Program-made: the position numbers and the translations under genes
Source of the DNA: a virus
Lineage: Duplodnaviria > Caudoviricetes
Reading direction: 5' to 3' (one strand)
DNA length: 51,559 nt
Virus record (IMG/VR): IMGVR_UViG_3300021963_000176
Location: 1-51,559 of that record
Part shown: positions 1 to 10,500 of the stretch, piece by piece
Numbering within the stretch: position 1 is the first letter of the stretch
Layout: each line of letters starts with the position of its first letter
The notes under the pieces: generated by a model
What the model was told of the DNA's origin: nothing
Seen by the model: the letters and a program-made list of their open reading frames with translations, nothing else
Database searches by the model: none

Positions 1-2
1 TT

Positions 3-1178
3 TACACAACTGGCGGTGGTTCTGGATTTGAGAGTGGTGGTGCCAGTGGTGGTACTGGTGTAGGAACCAGTCGTCGTGGTGGCGGTGGTGGTGGAGGTTA
101 TTATGGTGGTGGCGGTGGTGGCGGTAGTCAAACCGTTGATTGCACTGGTGGCGGGGGTGGAGGAGGATCTGGATATGTTAATACTGCATATCTTGGTCCA
201 TCTGATACTAGTATTTCTTCTAGCACTGGTTTTTTGGGTTCATCTGGAGGAGTTAATCCATCTGTAACTGGAACTGTGTGGAATAATTTTGTGTCTAGTC
301 CTGGTGGTTATCAAGCAGGTAGAAGTGGTAACGCTGGATTAATTATATTTGAACTAACGTACAGATTTGATTTTCAAGTTTCCCCAGCAGTAGCAGGAAA
401 AACAAATTGGAATTTTGCAACTGATGGACCATTAATTTTAGACGGCGGTTCCGCTACAACTTATACATTAACCTCACTTAGAACTATTGGGAGAACAGTT
501 AAAATGTGGGGTCAGGGAGGACAATCATCTACTGGTGGATATTCTACTGGAACTGTTAATTTTGTAAATGGAAGCACATACACAGTAAAACTTGATACTG
601 GACGTGGTTCTGGTGGAACAGGTTCTGGTTGGCCTGGCAATGGACAAAATGGTGGAGGATATGCTGGTATTTTTAGTGGAACAAATATTACTCAAGCAAA
701 TGCAATTATGATTGCTGGTGGCGGAGGAGGGGACGGCGGATATGGTTGTACTAATAGCAGTGGTACTGGCGGCGGTTCTTCGGGAGGAACTGGATGTAAT
801 TCTGGAGATTCTCAAATTGGTTCATCTGGCGGTGGCGGCGGTTCTCAATCATCTGGCGGTGGTCATGGCGGCAGTGGCGGCGGTTCAGGAAGTGCTCTTC
901 AAGGAGGAACTGGTGGAACTGGTCAATTAAGTGGATTTCCAAACGCTGGAGGCGGTGGCGGCGGCGGTGGAGGATATTATGGCGGCGGCGGTGGTGGCGG
1001 CGGAAATGACTTTGGAAGTGGCACTAGAAGATCTTCTGGAGGTGGTGGTGGTTCTGGATATATAAACACTTCGATTGTGACTGGAGGTTCTACTAGTGGG
1101 TTTGCCAATAGTTCTGACCCAAATAGAGGAAATGCTGGCAGTGCAGGTTATTCTTCCAGAGTAGTGATTAGCACTTGA
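3..1178 (+). CDS. Glycine-rich protein, 5'-truncated by the window edge; two tandem ALK/LTK-type glycine-rich domains, probable fibre tip or adhesin
   Basis: The frame of the listed 234..1178 ORF is open from nt 3 (YTTGGGSGFESGGASGG...), so the true start lies upstream. The GGGGGGGYYGGGGG...GGGGGSGY motif occurs twice (about 85-180 and 950-1065); TGA stop at 1176-1178. Confidence 0.75.
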   Translation, partial: YTTGGGSGFESGGASGGTGVGTSRRGGGGGGGYYGGGGGGGSQTVDCTGGGGGGGSGYVNTAYLGPSDTSISSSTGFLGSSGGVNPSVTGTVWNNFVSSPGGYQAGRSGNAGLIIFELTYRFDFQVSPAVAGKTNWNFATDGPLILDGGSATTYTLTSLRTIGRTVKMWGQGGQSSTGGYSTGTVNFVNGSTYTVKLDTGRGSGGTGSGWPGNGQNGGGYAGIFSGTNITQANAIMIAGGGGGDGGYGCTNSSGTGGGSSGGTGCNSGDSQIGSSGGGGGSQSSGGGHGGSGGGSGSALQGGTGGTGQLSGFPNAGGGGGGGGGYYGGGGGGGGNDFGSGTRRSSGGGGGSGYINTSIVTGGSTSGFANSSDPNRGNAGSAGYSSRVVIST

Positions 1179-1203
1179 CAAGTTTCTACCAATACCCTAT
1201 AAT
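1175..1203 (+). promoter_or_regulatory. Consensus sigma70-type (early) promoter
   Basis: TTGACA (1175-1180), 17-nt spacer, TATAAT (1198-1203); 25 nt upstream of the ATG at 1228. Confidence 0.85.
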
Positions 1204-1227
1204 TAGATTGTACTCTGTGGATTAAAT

Positions 1228-1371
1228 ATGGCAAAGCGTCCTTCACTCACAAATAGAGATGTGATTGAGTCCAAACCTAAAAAAAGTCGTCAAGGAGATG
1301 GTAAGCATACTAAATACAGTGCAAGCTCTCGTAACGGGGCAAGAAAACGCTACAGGGGACAAGGAAACTAA
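1228..1371 (+). CDS. Small basic hypothetical protein, 47 aa (not in the ORF track)
   Basis: MAKRPSLTNRDVIESKPKKSRQGDGKHTKYSASSRNGARKRYRGQGN*; directly after the promoter; TAATG overlap with the next ORF; resembles small YRGQG-ending proteins I recall from T4-like cyanophages. Confidence 0.75.
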   Translation: MAKRPSLTNRDVIESKPKKSRQGDGKHTKYSASSRNGARKRYRGQGN

Positions 1372-1529
1372 TGGCTCGTAGAAAAACTGTACAATCAGGC
1401 ACAGATGTAAATAACGATAATATCGTAGATGAAAAAGATACTATCGAAGTTGAAGTTCAAGAACCTACGGTTTTTGGATGGGTTGCAGGAAAACCAGTTG
1501 CACAACAAGAGCATCCTGATAATAAATGA
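1371..1529 (+). CDS. Small acidic hypothetical protein, 52 aa (not in the ORF track)
   Basis: MARRKTVQSGTDVNNDNIVDEKDTIEVEVQEPTVFGWVAGKPVAQQEHPDNK*; TAATG overlap at the 5' end and ATGA overlap with the 1526 ORF at the 3' end. Confidence 0.65.
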   Translation: MARRKTVQSGTDVNNDNIVDEKDTIEVEVQEPTVFGWVAGKPVAQQEHPDNK

Positions 1530-1984
1530 CTGAAGTTGAAGCACACATAAAGGACTGGATACAAAAAGTCTCTGAAGTTCGACCAGAATTAGGAGGTTTT
1601 TCTGTTTGTCCTTATGCTTCAAAGGCAAAATATACAATTGTCGAGTGTCAAGCAGAGGACATCATACCTATCTCTGGGTATGATGTCGTTTTTTATGCCG
1701 TGGAAGATTACTTTGACCTAGAAAGCGTACAATTTTGGGTCAATTTTTACAACAACTTATACCCAGAATGGTTATTTTTTGAAGATTGTGGGTCTTATGA
1801 CACTTATATCGGAGATGTTCAGACGAATAATGGTAAGTACAACTTGATTTTGATGCAAAATAAGGAAGATTTGAGAAAAAATCGTCAAAAATTAGCAAAT
1901 ACAGGATATTATCATCACTGGAATGATGCATATTTGAAAGAAATTCTTGGTGATGACTACGAAATGGTTAAAAATTCGGGATAG
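1526..1984 (+). CDS. Hypothetical protein, 152 aa, with an N-terminal CPYA motif (DUF1415-like)
   Basis: Coupled ORF; WIQKVSE..PELGGFSVCPYA pattern resembles uncharacterised cyanophage proteins. Confidence 0.7.
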   Translation: MTEVEAHIKDWIQKVSEVRPELGGFSVCPYASKAKYTIVECQAEDIIPISGYDVVFYAVEDYFDLESVQFWVNFYNNLYPEWLFFEDCGSYDTYIGDVQTNNGKYNLILMQNKEDLRKNRQKLANTGYYHHWNDAYLKEILGDDYEMVKNSG

Positions 1985-2030
1985 CAACCCCGTAAAAAGT
2001 TCTGTTCAACCTATTTTAGGAGAAAACAGA
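1977..2030 (+). promoter_or_regulatory. Candidate structured 5' leader: small GC hairpin with A-rich tail, then a hairpin sequestering the SD and start codon
   Basis: CGGG(1977-80)/CCCG(1989-92) stem followed by TAAAAAG. TCTGTT(2001-06)/AACAGA(2025-30) enclose CCTA/TAGG, covering AGGAG and the A of ATG 2030. Confidence 0.45.
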
Positions 2031-2236
2031 TGGCAAAATACCAAGTAGATCGTGATGTTGAGTTTATGAAACAAAATTGGGGCACAAATCGGTTAATTAC
2101 TGATTATATGTTAACAAATAACGAAAAAATTAACACAAACAATGAAAAGGTTAACGAACCCCCAGTAGATAGATATTCAAGACCTTGTGGGGGGAAAGGT
2201 GGATTTGATGATTATGTGGAGAGATGGCACGAATAA
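2030..2236 (+). CDS. Hypothetical protein, 68 aa
   Basis: AGGAG SD 7 nt upstream; VDR...FM...WGT..LITDY pattern I recall from genes preceding gp25 in cyanophages. Confidence 0.7.
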   Translation: MAKYQVDRDVEFMKQNWGTNRLITDYMLTNNEKINTNNEKVNEPPVDRYSRPCGGKGGFDDYVERWHE

Positions 2237-2237
2237 C

Positions 2238-2249
2238 CATAAATAAATA
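2238..2249 (+). promoter_or_regulatory. T4-type late promoter variants (CATAAATA / AATAAATA)
   Basis: Overlapping NATAAATA boxes in the gap before gp25. Confidence 0.6.
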
Positions 2250-2264
2250 AAACCTTTATTGTAA

Positions 2265-2669
2265 ATGGCACTCAAACCATCAAGGTCTTATAAAGATTTG
2301 AGTTTGACTTTTTCTCGCAATCCATTAACGGGTGATGTTGTTATTTTAAAAGATGAAAATGCTATTAAAAGATCTATATTAAATCTTTTCTCTTATAGAA
2401 AAGGTGAAAAATTTTTTAATGCAAGATTTGGTAGTGGAGTGCCAGATTTATTATTTGAACCATTTGATTATGCTACCGCTGGTATTATCAAAACTGAAAT
2501 TGAAAACTTAATCAAAAATTTTGAACCACGAGTTAATTTAATCAATATTTTTATTAATTTGAATGAAGAAGAGAATTCTTATGAAATTCAAATTGAATAT
2601 ACCTTACAAGATTTCAGCGCGGCACTGAATACAGTCAACCTGAGTTTAAGTTCAAGAACCAGAACGTAG
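2265..2669 (+). CDS. gp25: Baseplate wedge subunit gp25
   Basis: YKDLSLTF..NPLTGD...LKDENAIKRSILNL....GEKFF...FGS.....LFEP...FEPRV: gpW/gp25 family; position before gp6. Confidence 0.93.
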   Translation: MALKPSRSYKDLSLTFSRNPLTGDVVILKDENAIKRSILNLFSYRKGEKFFNARFGSGVPDLLFEPFDYATAGIIKTEIENLIKNFEPRVNLINIFINLNEEENSYEIQIEYTLQDFSAALNTVNLSLSSRTRT

Positions 2670-2672
2670 TAA

Positions 2673-4517
2673 ATGGCATTCACACAAGTTAGTTCCCTAG
2701 ATTTTAATGATATTAAAACCGCTCTCAGAGAGTATCTGAGGACGAATACGGATTTTACTGACTATGATTTTGAGTCTTCTACTCTATCTGCTATTCTTGA
2801 CCTTTTAGCGTATAATACGTACTATACTGCCTTCAATACAACGATGGCAGTTAATGAGACTTTTTTAAGTTCTGCTTCGCTAAGAGACAATGTAGTTAAA
2901 ATTGCAAAGCAACTTGGATATACACCAAAATCAAAAACCTCATCAAAAGCAACGCTATCTTTAACAGTTGATTTTTCATCAATTGCTGCACAAGATCCTA
3001 ATCTTGTCCCTAGGTTTGTAACCCTCAAGAAAGGAAATTGTTATATATCATCAAACCCAACTAATCGCTCTGAGACATTTCAATTTGCAATATTGGAAGA
3101 TGTTATTACAGCAGTTTCAAATAACAAAGCAGTAATTACTAATATACAAGGGACAAATCATCTTGATGTAATAGAGGGTTTGTATTTAACTTATAAGTTT
3201 ACAGTAAATGATACTATTTCAAACCAAAAATTTATAATTCCAACAGAAAATATTGATACATCTACAATTAGAGTTTTTGTCAGGTCAGGACCAACAAGTT
3301 CAGCTTTAGTAAAGTATACACAGGCAGAAAATATTTTAAATATTAAATCAACAGATAAAGTATTTTTTGTCCAAGAAACAGATGATCAGAGATATGAATT
3401 AATTTTCGGTGATGGGGTTATTGGAAGGAAACTTCAGAATAATGAAGTCATTGAAGTTTCGTATTTGGTTTCATCTGGAAGTAGAGCAAATAATATTCGT
3501 AGTTATGTGTTTACTGGTGAAATATATGATGATAATTCTAATAGAATTTTAAATAACATTAGTACTTTAGTAATTTCTAAATCTGCTGGGGGTAGTGATG
3601 TAGAAACAGTTGAACAAATTAAATTAAACGCACCAAAATTTTATTCTTCTCAGAATAGAGCAGTTACACTTGATGATTATAAAATTATTCTTCAAAGAAT
3701 TTTTCCAGCTATTGCAGATATCATTGTATATGGCGGAGAAGATGAAAGTCCACCTGAATATGGAAGAGTAAAAATTGCAATCAAACCTACTTATGCTGAT
3801 AAGTTAAGTAGTTCAACAAAAAGAAATATTTTATCAGAGTTAAGAAAATATTCTGTTGCCTCAGTAATTCCTGTAATTGTAGACCCCTCAATTATAGAAG
3901 TTTTAATGTTTAGTAGAATTTTTTATGATAGTACTGCAACTAATTTGGGTCAGGAACAAATTAGAAGTATTGTTATACAAAATTTATCTAGTTACGAAAC
4001 TACTAATGCTATTAGTAAATTTAATGGTGTTATTAGAAAGAGTAAATTAAGTACAGTAATTGATTCATCTGAAGATTCTATTATATCTAACGTAACTAAT
4101 TTGAGATTAAGAAAAAAATTAATTCCTGCAATCGGAACAAGAGCTCAATATTTGCTTTGCTATGTTAATCAACTTGACCCATTATGCGGAGAAGCAACTC
4201 TGTCATCATCTTCATTTAGATTCAGCGATTATCCAAATGTTGATGCATATTTTGACAATATTAGTGATGGCACAATTAGAATATATACTATTGACCCAAT
4301 TACATCCAATAAAATAATTTTAAAAGATTCAATTGGTAGAGTTGATTTTGAAAAGGGCGAAGTTTCTATCGATTTAATTACTATCACATCTGGTTCTAAT
4401 GAGAATAATGAAATTTTTATGACAGTTATACCAAGAAATCCAGATATTCGTGCTGTTAGGGAAGTTTATCTAGATCTTTCCTTAGACAATAGTGTATTTA
4501 CTATAGTTCCAGAATAG
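2673..4517 (+). CDS. gp6: Baseplate wedge subunit gp6
   Basis: LDFNDIK..L..YL....FTDYDFE.S.LS.ILDLLAYNTYY, FL.SA.LR.NVV..AK.LGY.P, YELIFGDG..G, QNRAVT..DY, YGRV.I.IKP; 614 aa. Confidence 0.95.
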   Translation: MAFTQVSSLDFNDIKTALREYLRTNTDFTDYDFESSTLSAILDLLAYNTYYTAFNTTMAVNETFLSSASLRDNVVKIAKQLGYTPKSKTSSKATLSLTVDFSSIAAQDPNLVPRFVTLKKGNCYISSNPTNRSETFQFAILEDVITAVSNNKAVITNIQGTNHLDVIEGLYLTYKFTVNDTISNQKFIIPTENIDTSTIRVFVRSGPTSSALVKYTQAENILNIKSTDKVFFVQETDDQRYELIFGDGVIGRKLQNNEVIEVSYLVSSGSRANNIRSYVFTGEIYDDNSNRILNNISTLVISKSAGGSDVETVEQIKLNAPKFYSSQNRAVTLDDYKIILQRIFPAIADIIVYGGEDESPPEYGRVKIAIKPTYADKLSSSTKRNILSELRKYSVASVIPVIVDPSIIEVLMFSRIFYDSTATNLGQEQIRSIVIQNLSSYETTNAISKFNGVIRKSKLSTVIDSSEDSIISNVTNLRLRKKLIPAIGTRAQYLLCYVNQLDPLCGEATLSSSSFRFSDYPNVDAYFDNISDGTIRIYTIDPITSNKIILKDSIGRVDFEKGEVSIDLITITSGSNENNEIFMTVIPRNPDIRAVREVYLDLSLDNSVFTIVPE

Positions 4518-4528
4518 AGTCACTAAAG

Positions 4529-7500
4529 ATGAGTTCAGATAAGTTAAATATTTCAACTTTTATTGAAGAGCAACTTCCTTCTTTTATTAAAGAAGAATTT
4601 CCAAGATTTTCAAATTTTTTCACTAGTTATTATAAATCTCTAGAAATTTCTGGGGGTGTGCTTGACATCGCCAATAATATTTTAGACTATGTTAATTTTG
4701 ACTCTCTGACAAAAGAGAATTTGATAAGTGAAACTAATTTAACTTCTGGGGTAACATCTTCTGGAACAACTATTTCTGTAAATTCGGTAAAGGGATTTCC
4801 AGAGAAAGAAGGTATTATTTTAGTTGATAGAGAAATAATTTTTTATAAAGAAGTAAATAAAACTACTAATCAATTTTTAAATTGTGTCAGGGGATATTCA
4901 GCAACTACCGTATTGAGTGACTTAGGAACAACAGTTACTAATTCTGTTGCTGCTTTACATACAAATGGAAGCACAGTAAAAAATCTTTCTAATTTAATTC
5001 TATTTGCATTCATCAAAAATTATCAGAATCAGTATCTTGACGGATTTCCATATACTCAGTTAGATTCTGATATCGATCAAGTAACTTTACTTGAAAATAT
5101 TAAAGATTTTTATAGCTATAAGGGAACTACGACTTCAATTCAGTTTTTATTTCAATCAATTTTTGCTGAAGAAGTTGAGGTATTTTTCCCCCGTGAGACT
5201 TTGCTCAAAGCGTCTACATCAAACTGGACAGTTGATGATATTATCAAAGTAGAAGCAATATCAGGAAATCCTGGTGATTTAGTAGGATATCAAATCTTCC
5301 AAACAGATATTGCTGGTACTCCATCAGTTTCTTCTATACTAGAACCAGTTTTAGTCAATAGCATTTCTAACGCTGGGACTATTTTTGAATTAAACCTTAA
5401 TATCTTAGAAAGACAAAACTTTATAGTTCCCTCAAATACAATTCTAAGAAAGCAATTATTACCATCTGATAATACTATTCTAGTAGATTCAACAATTGGA
5501 TTTCCTCAAGAGCAAGGTATTATAAAAATTAATAATGAGTATATTACTTATAGGTATAAGTCATTTAATCAATTTTTCGATTGTGTAAGGGGGACTTTTG
5601 ATACTGTAGCATCTTCTCATCCTATAGAATCAAATGTAAGCACTACTGAGTATCTTTATGGTTATAAGAATGGAATAGTTGATGATGCAAATATTGTCAA
5701 ATTAAAACTGATTGGTGTAATGAGTTCTGCTACCATTGAAGATGGTTCTTCTTACTATGAAACAAATGAAAATATTGAACTTACTCCCAATGGAGTTATT
5801 GATTTAAGAAAACAATTTACAGAGTGGATTTTTAACGAAACAGGATTAACCGCATCAAGTTCAAATTCTATCATCAATGATGCGATTAGAAATATTTCTA
5901 CAAATGTATCTGCAGTATATAAAACAAATGATTATGCATACATTGCTTCTACTGGATTACCTAGTCATGCAATAGGACCTTTTAGAGGAGTAACTGGAAA
6001 TCCAGGAAATCAACTTTTACTCAGGAATATTCCTTTAGAAACTGAAAGACTTACTCAAGCACAACCTGTTGGTCAAAAAGCAACTGGTATTTTTGTCAAT
6101 GGTGTCGAATCATATAGTTGTATAGATACAACCTCTGAAATTTTTGGAAGTATTGAATCTATTACCATCACTAATGGTGGACAAGGGTTTTTAACAGGTG
6201 TAAATCCTGTTTTTAGATTAACTGGTGGTGGAGGTTCTGGGGCAACTTTTAGTGGTGTAACTACTAATGGTCAGGTCACATCTGTCGCAGTAGTAAATGG
6301 CGGGACTGGATATACATCTAATCCAACTATTGAAATTGCATATGGATTTGATGCAACAGCAACTATTTTGAACGAGACAGATATTATTGGTGGTTCTATC
6401 AAAACTATTACAATTACAAATCCAGGAAACAATTATGTAGTCCCTCCTGATGTTATAATTAGAGATATTACAGGAAGAGGTAGAGGTGCATTTGCCACTG
6501 CAACTATTTCTGGAGGAACTGTTACTGGAATTACTATTCTTAATGGCGGTGTTGATTACAATGATAAAAATAACATTATAGTTTCTTTAATTTCAAAAGG
6601 AACTGGAGTTGTAGCAACTGCAAATGTTAGACGTTGGAGATATAATAGAGTATTCAGACTTTTAAATGAAAGATCCCTACCATCTGATCCCTGGCAACCA
6701 GTAACTTCACCTAAGGTAGATTTTTCTAATGGATATTTGTATGAAGGACTTGATATTCAACGTGGACTTGAATACGCATATGCATTAAATCCGAAACTTC
6801 TTAGATATGAATTAAATGATAACGTTGAAGGAGTATCTTCAGCATACCAGGAAGTATCAAGTGGGTTTGTTCATTCGCCAATTATTGGTTGGGCATATGA
6901 TGGATCTCCAATTTATGGTCCTTATGGATATACAAGTCCATTAAGTTCTTCTTCTGGTATTTCCAGAATGACGAGTAGTTACTCTTTAGTATCTACACCA
7001 GTTTCTGGAAGACCAAGTGTAATTAATTACCCATTAGGATCATTTATTGACGACTATGAATTTGTAAATGGTTCTGGAACTCTTGATCAGCATAATGGAA
7101 GATTTTGCGTAACACCAGAATATCCAGACGGTATCTATGCTTATTTTATAACTGTTGATCAATTTGGTAACGGTGTATATCCATACATCATAGGAAACAC
7201 TTACAAATATGTTCCATCAATATCTAATTTTGATGTTTCTTCAATACAAACAGAAACTAATCTTCCTTTACAGTCTAAGAGAATTAGAACTCCCTTAATG
7301 CCAACAACGGGATTTGATACAAGACTATTTGTAAATGCTGTGGATAGAGGGTCTGTTGATAGTTATGAGGTTTATGATAGTGAACCACATTTTAAGGTAA
7401 ATGATTACCTATACCTCGATAATACTGATACTGAAGGTTCTGGATTAATCGCAAAAGTAAACAAAATTTTAGGTGTAACTGTTAGTTCTGTCACTTATAG

Positions 7501-10500
7501 TGTTGTATCGGGATTTACTGCATCTGGTATTACCATAACAAGTGGAGTAACTCAATTTCCATATCCAACTGCAATTACTTGCCCTGGTGTCACAATTCCT
7601 TATGAAGCATATGTAACTACGGTAGTTCCTCATGGATTATCTATTGATGAACAAGTTGTTGTCAATATGACAGCAAGGAATATTCCATTAACTACAACCT
7701 ATAAGGTAAAAGTTTCTGATTATCAGACTATTACATATAATGACCCATTAGTTGGTTCTACTCTGGCAACTGATGTGACATTTACTGCTACAGTAATAAG
7801 TGTTAATAATATTACATCATTCCGTGTTAATGATTATATTAGAATTAATAGTGAAATAATGAGAATTACTGCAATTACTGGAACTTTATCTGGTAATCTT
7901 ACAGTTCAAAGAGCTCAATTAGGAACTACATTAGGATTACATAATAGTACACAATCAGTTCTTAGATATTTACCAGATGAAGAATTTCCATATCTTTTAA
8001 GTATTGGACAAACAATTACTGATGGTTCTGCTACAGGAACAATTTACGCATTAAATAAACAAGACAAAACTATAGAATTAAAAGTAAGTAACGGAAACTT
8101 TGTTAATACTAGTATTATATCTGATGGTAATTCACCTGTTAGAAGAATTGCAATTAATACAATAACAGAGAAAAAAGCTTATTGGGAAATCGACCCCACT
8201 AATACAGGTAATTATTTTGTGAGGAATCTTGATTTTGAACTAATCAAGGGAACTAGATATCTCTTTGATGTAAGTGATTCAAGTAATACTGGATATTCTT
8301 TGGTTTTTAGTGAAGATTTTGGTAATATCAACCAAATAAATTTTGCTACTGTTTCTGGAGTTCCTGGAAATACTGGAGCAGTAATAATTTTCGATGAAAA
8401 TATTTTATCAGATTTAGATATTTCCAGATTATATTATTATGAATTGAGAAATAGAGTTGTCAACGGAAGAAATAAGTTTGATGTAAAAAATAATTATTTT
8501 TCAGGTCCTAAGGACATAACCATAATCGATGATCATACTTTTAAATACTCTATAAATGGTCAGCCAGAGGAAAGAGTAGTCAATAATATTAATTATGAAA
8601 CTACTTCGGAATCAGCATTAGGAAAAATTGTTTCTATTGAAAATATTGATGGTGGTTTTGGATTTAAAAAACTACCAACTGTTATAGGTGTAACTCATAA
8701 AGAGGTTGATGCTGTACGACTTGCATTTACGCTGTCATCTGGAGGTGGTTTTGATACTGTATCTATTTTGAATAGTGGTACAAGATATACAAATGATGTC
8801 GAGCTTCGTATTTCAACATCGACTGGAAGTGGTGCAGTATTATCACCAGTAATTGTAGATGGTAGAGTACAATCTGTTACTATAACTTCACCAGGAAGAG
8901 GTTATAAAGTTTTTGATAAAATTGTTGCGATAGACAAATCAGCAACTATTTTTCCGAAGAGTGATAGTATTGGAAAGATTAAAACAATCAGATTTAATAA
9001 TTATGGCAACAGATTAAGTGTTGATAGAACTCTTGCTAAAGAACTTAAATTTGATGTAAAGATAATAGTAACTAATTTGAATATTCCTTATAGAATTGGG
9101 GAAATTTTAAATTATCCATCTAATGTTTCTTTTGAAGTAAAACGAATTGATAAAATTGGTAACAATTCATACTTACTGAAATTAAATTTACTGACAGGCA
9201 ATTTAGATTCTCTGAAAATTAATACATTATTAACTGGTACTGTCAATTTTTCAACATCTATCATAAAAGACATTAAATATGCTACTGTTTATGGAAATGT
9301 AACTGGTTATATTCCGAGATTTGGATATTTTGATGATGACCTCGGAAAAATCAGTTCTTCATCTCAAAAAATTACAGATAGTTATTACTACCAAGATTAT
9401 TCGTATGTTGTAAGAACCACGAAGTCTCTCAGAAGTTATAGAAAACAACTAAACAAAAGTACTCATCCGTTAGGATTTAAACTTTTTGGTGAAGTATCTT
9501 TAAGAGACGAAATGAATTTCACTGCATCAGGTCATACTGGCAGTGTATTTTTACCTAATAATCCTACACAGAATCAAGTAATTATTACAGTAAGTGGAAT
9601 TAATGTAGAATCTTTTATTTCACAGACAAGAAGAAGTGTTAATATTATTAATCAATCAATTCTACCGAAAATTCCTGGAGTTGGTTCCGCACTTGTTAAC
9701 GTATCAAACAATGATGTTGATGTTAGAAGAATTTCAGATTTATCGTCTCAATTCAATGGAACAAATAAAGTATTTAATTTGACGACAATTGATGGAGCTC
9801 CTACATCTGATATGGAAGAATATTCCAACTTAGTTGTTTTAAATCAGATTATTCAAGAACCTATAGAAACAAAGGATATTAGTTCTATTTCATATTATGG
9901 AGGAAGTGCAACTATTACAACTTCTGAACCTCACGGATATTCTTATACTTTATCTGGAGAAACTTATCCAGTAAGTAGATATGTAAGTATTAGTGGAGTG
10001 ACTTTAACTGGGGTGCCATATATCTTTAACGATAGATTTCAAATATATGATGTACTATCATCTAACACGTTTACAATTCTCTTTGAAAATGAAGTCGGAA
10101 TTACTACGAATAATGACCCTAGAACTTGTGCTGATGTAAGGTCTACCGTTGATAATTTAGTTGGAATCATAACTAATGCTTTGTCTCTGGCAGACATTGG
10201 TTCACCAGTAACTTTACCAACTGAAAATAATGGTGTATGGGCAGTTACTTCAGGAAATTCTGAAATTATTGCAGCAAATAGACATAGAGATGGTGCTAAT
10301 TTAATTACAGCAAATCGCACAGAAATTATTACTGATGCATATAGCGTGATTTCTGGATTTACTGGAAACCCAGATCCTGCAAAGTGTGTTCGTGATATTG
10401 GTCATATTGTCGATGCAGTTGTTCAGGATATGTATACTGGAGGAAATAGCAATATACTTAATGCAACTAGGGCATATTTTACTCCATCTGGAACTACATT

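Noticed and set aside
234-236. Listed TTG start of the 314-aa ORF
   Set aside because: The frame is open from the window start with the same glycine-rich pattern, so the gene begins upstream.
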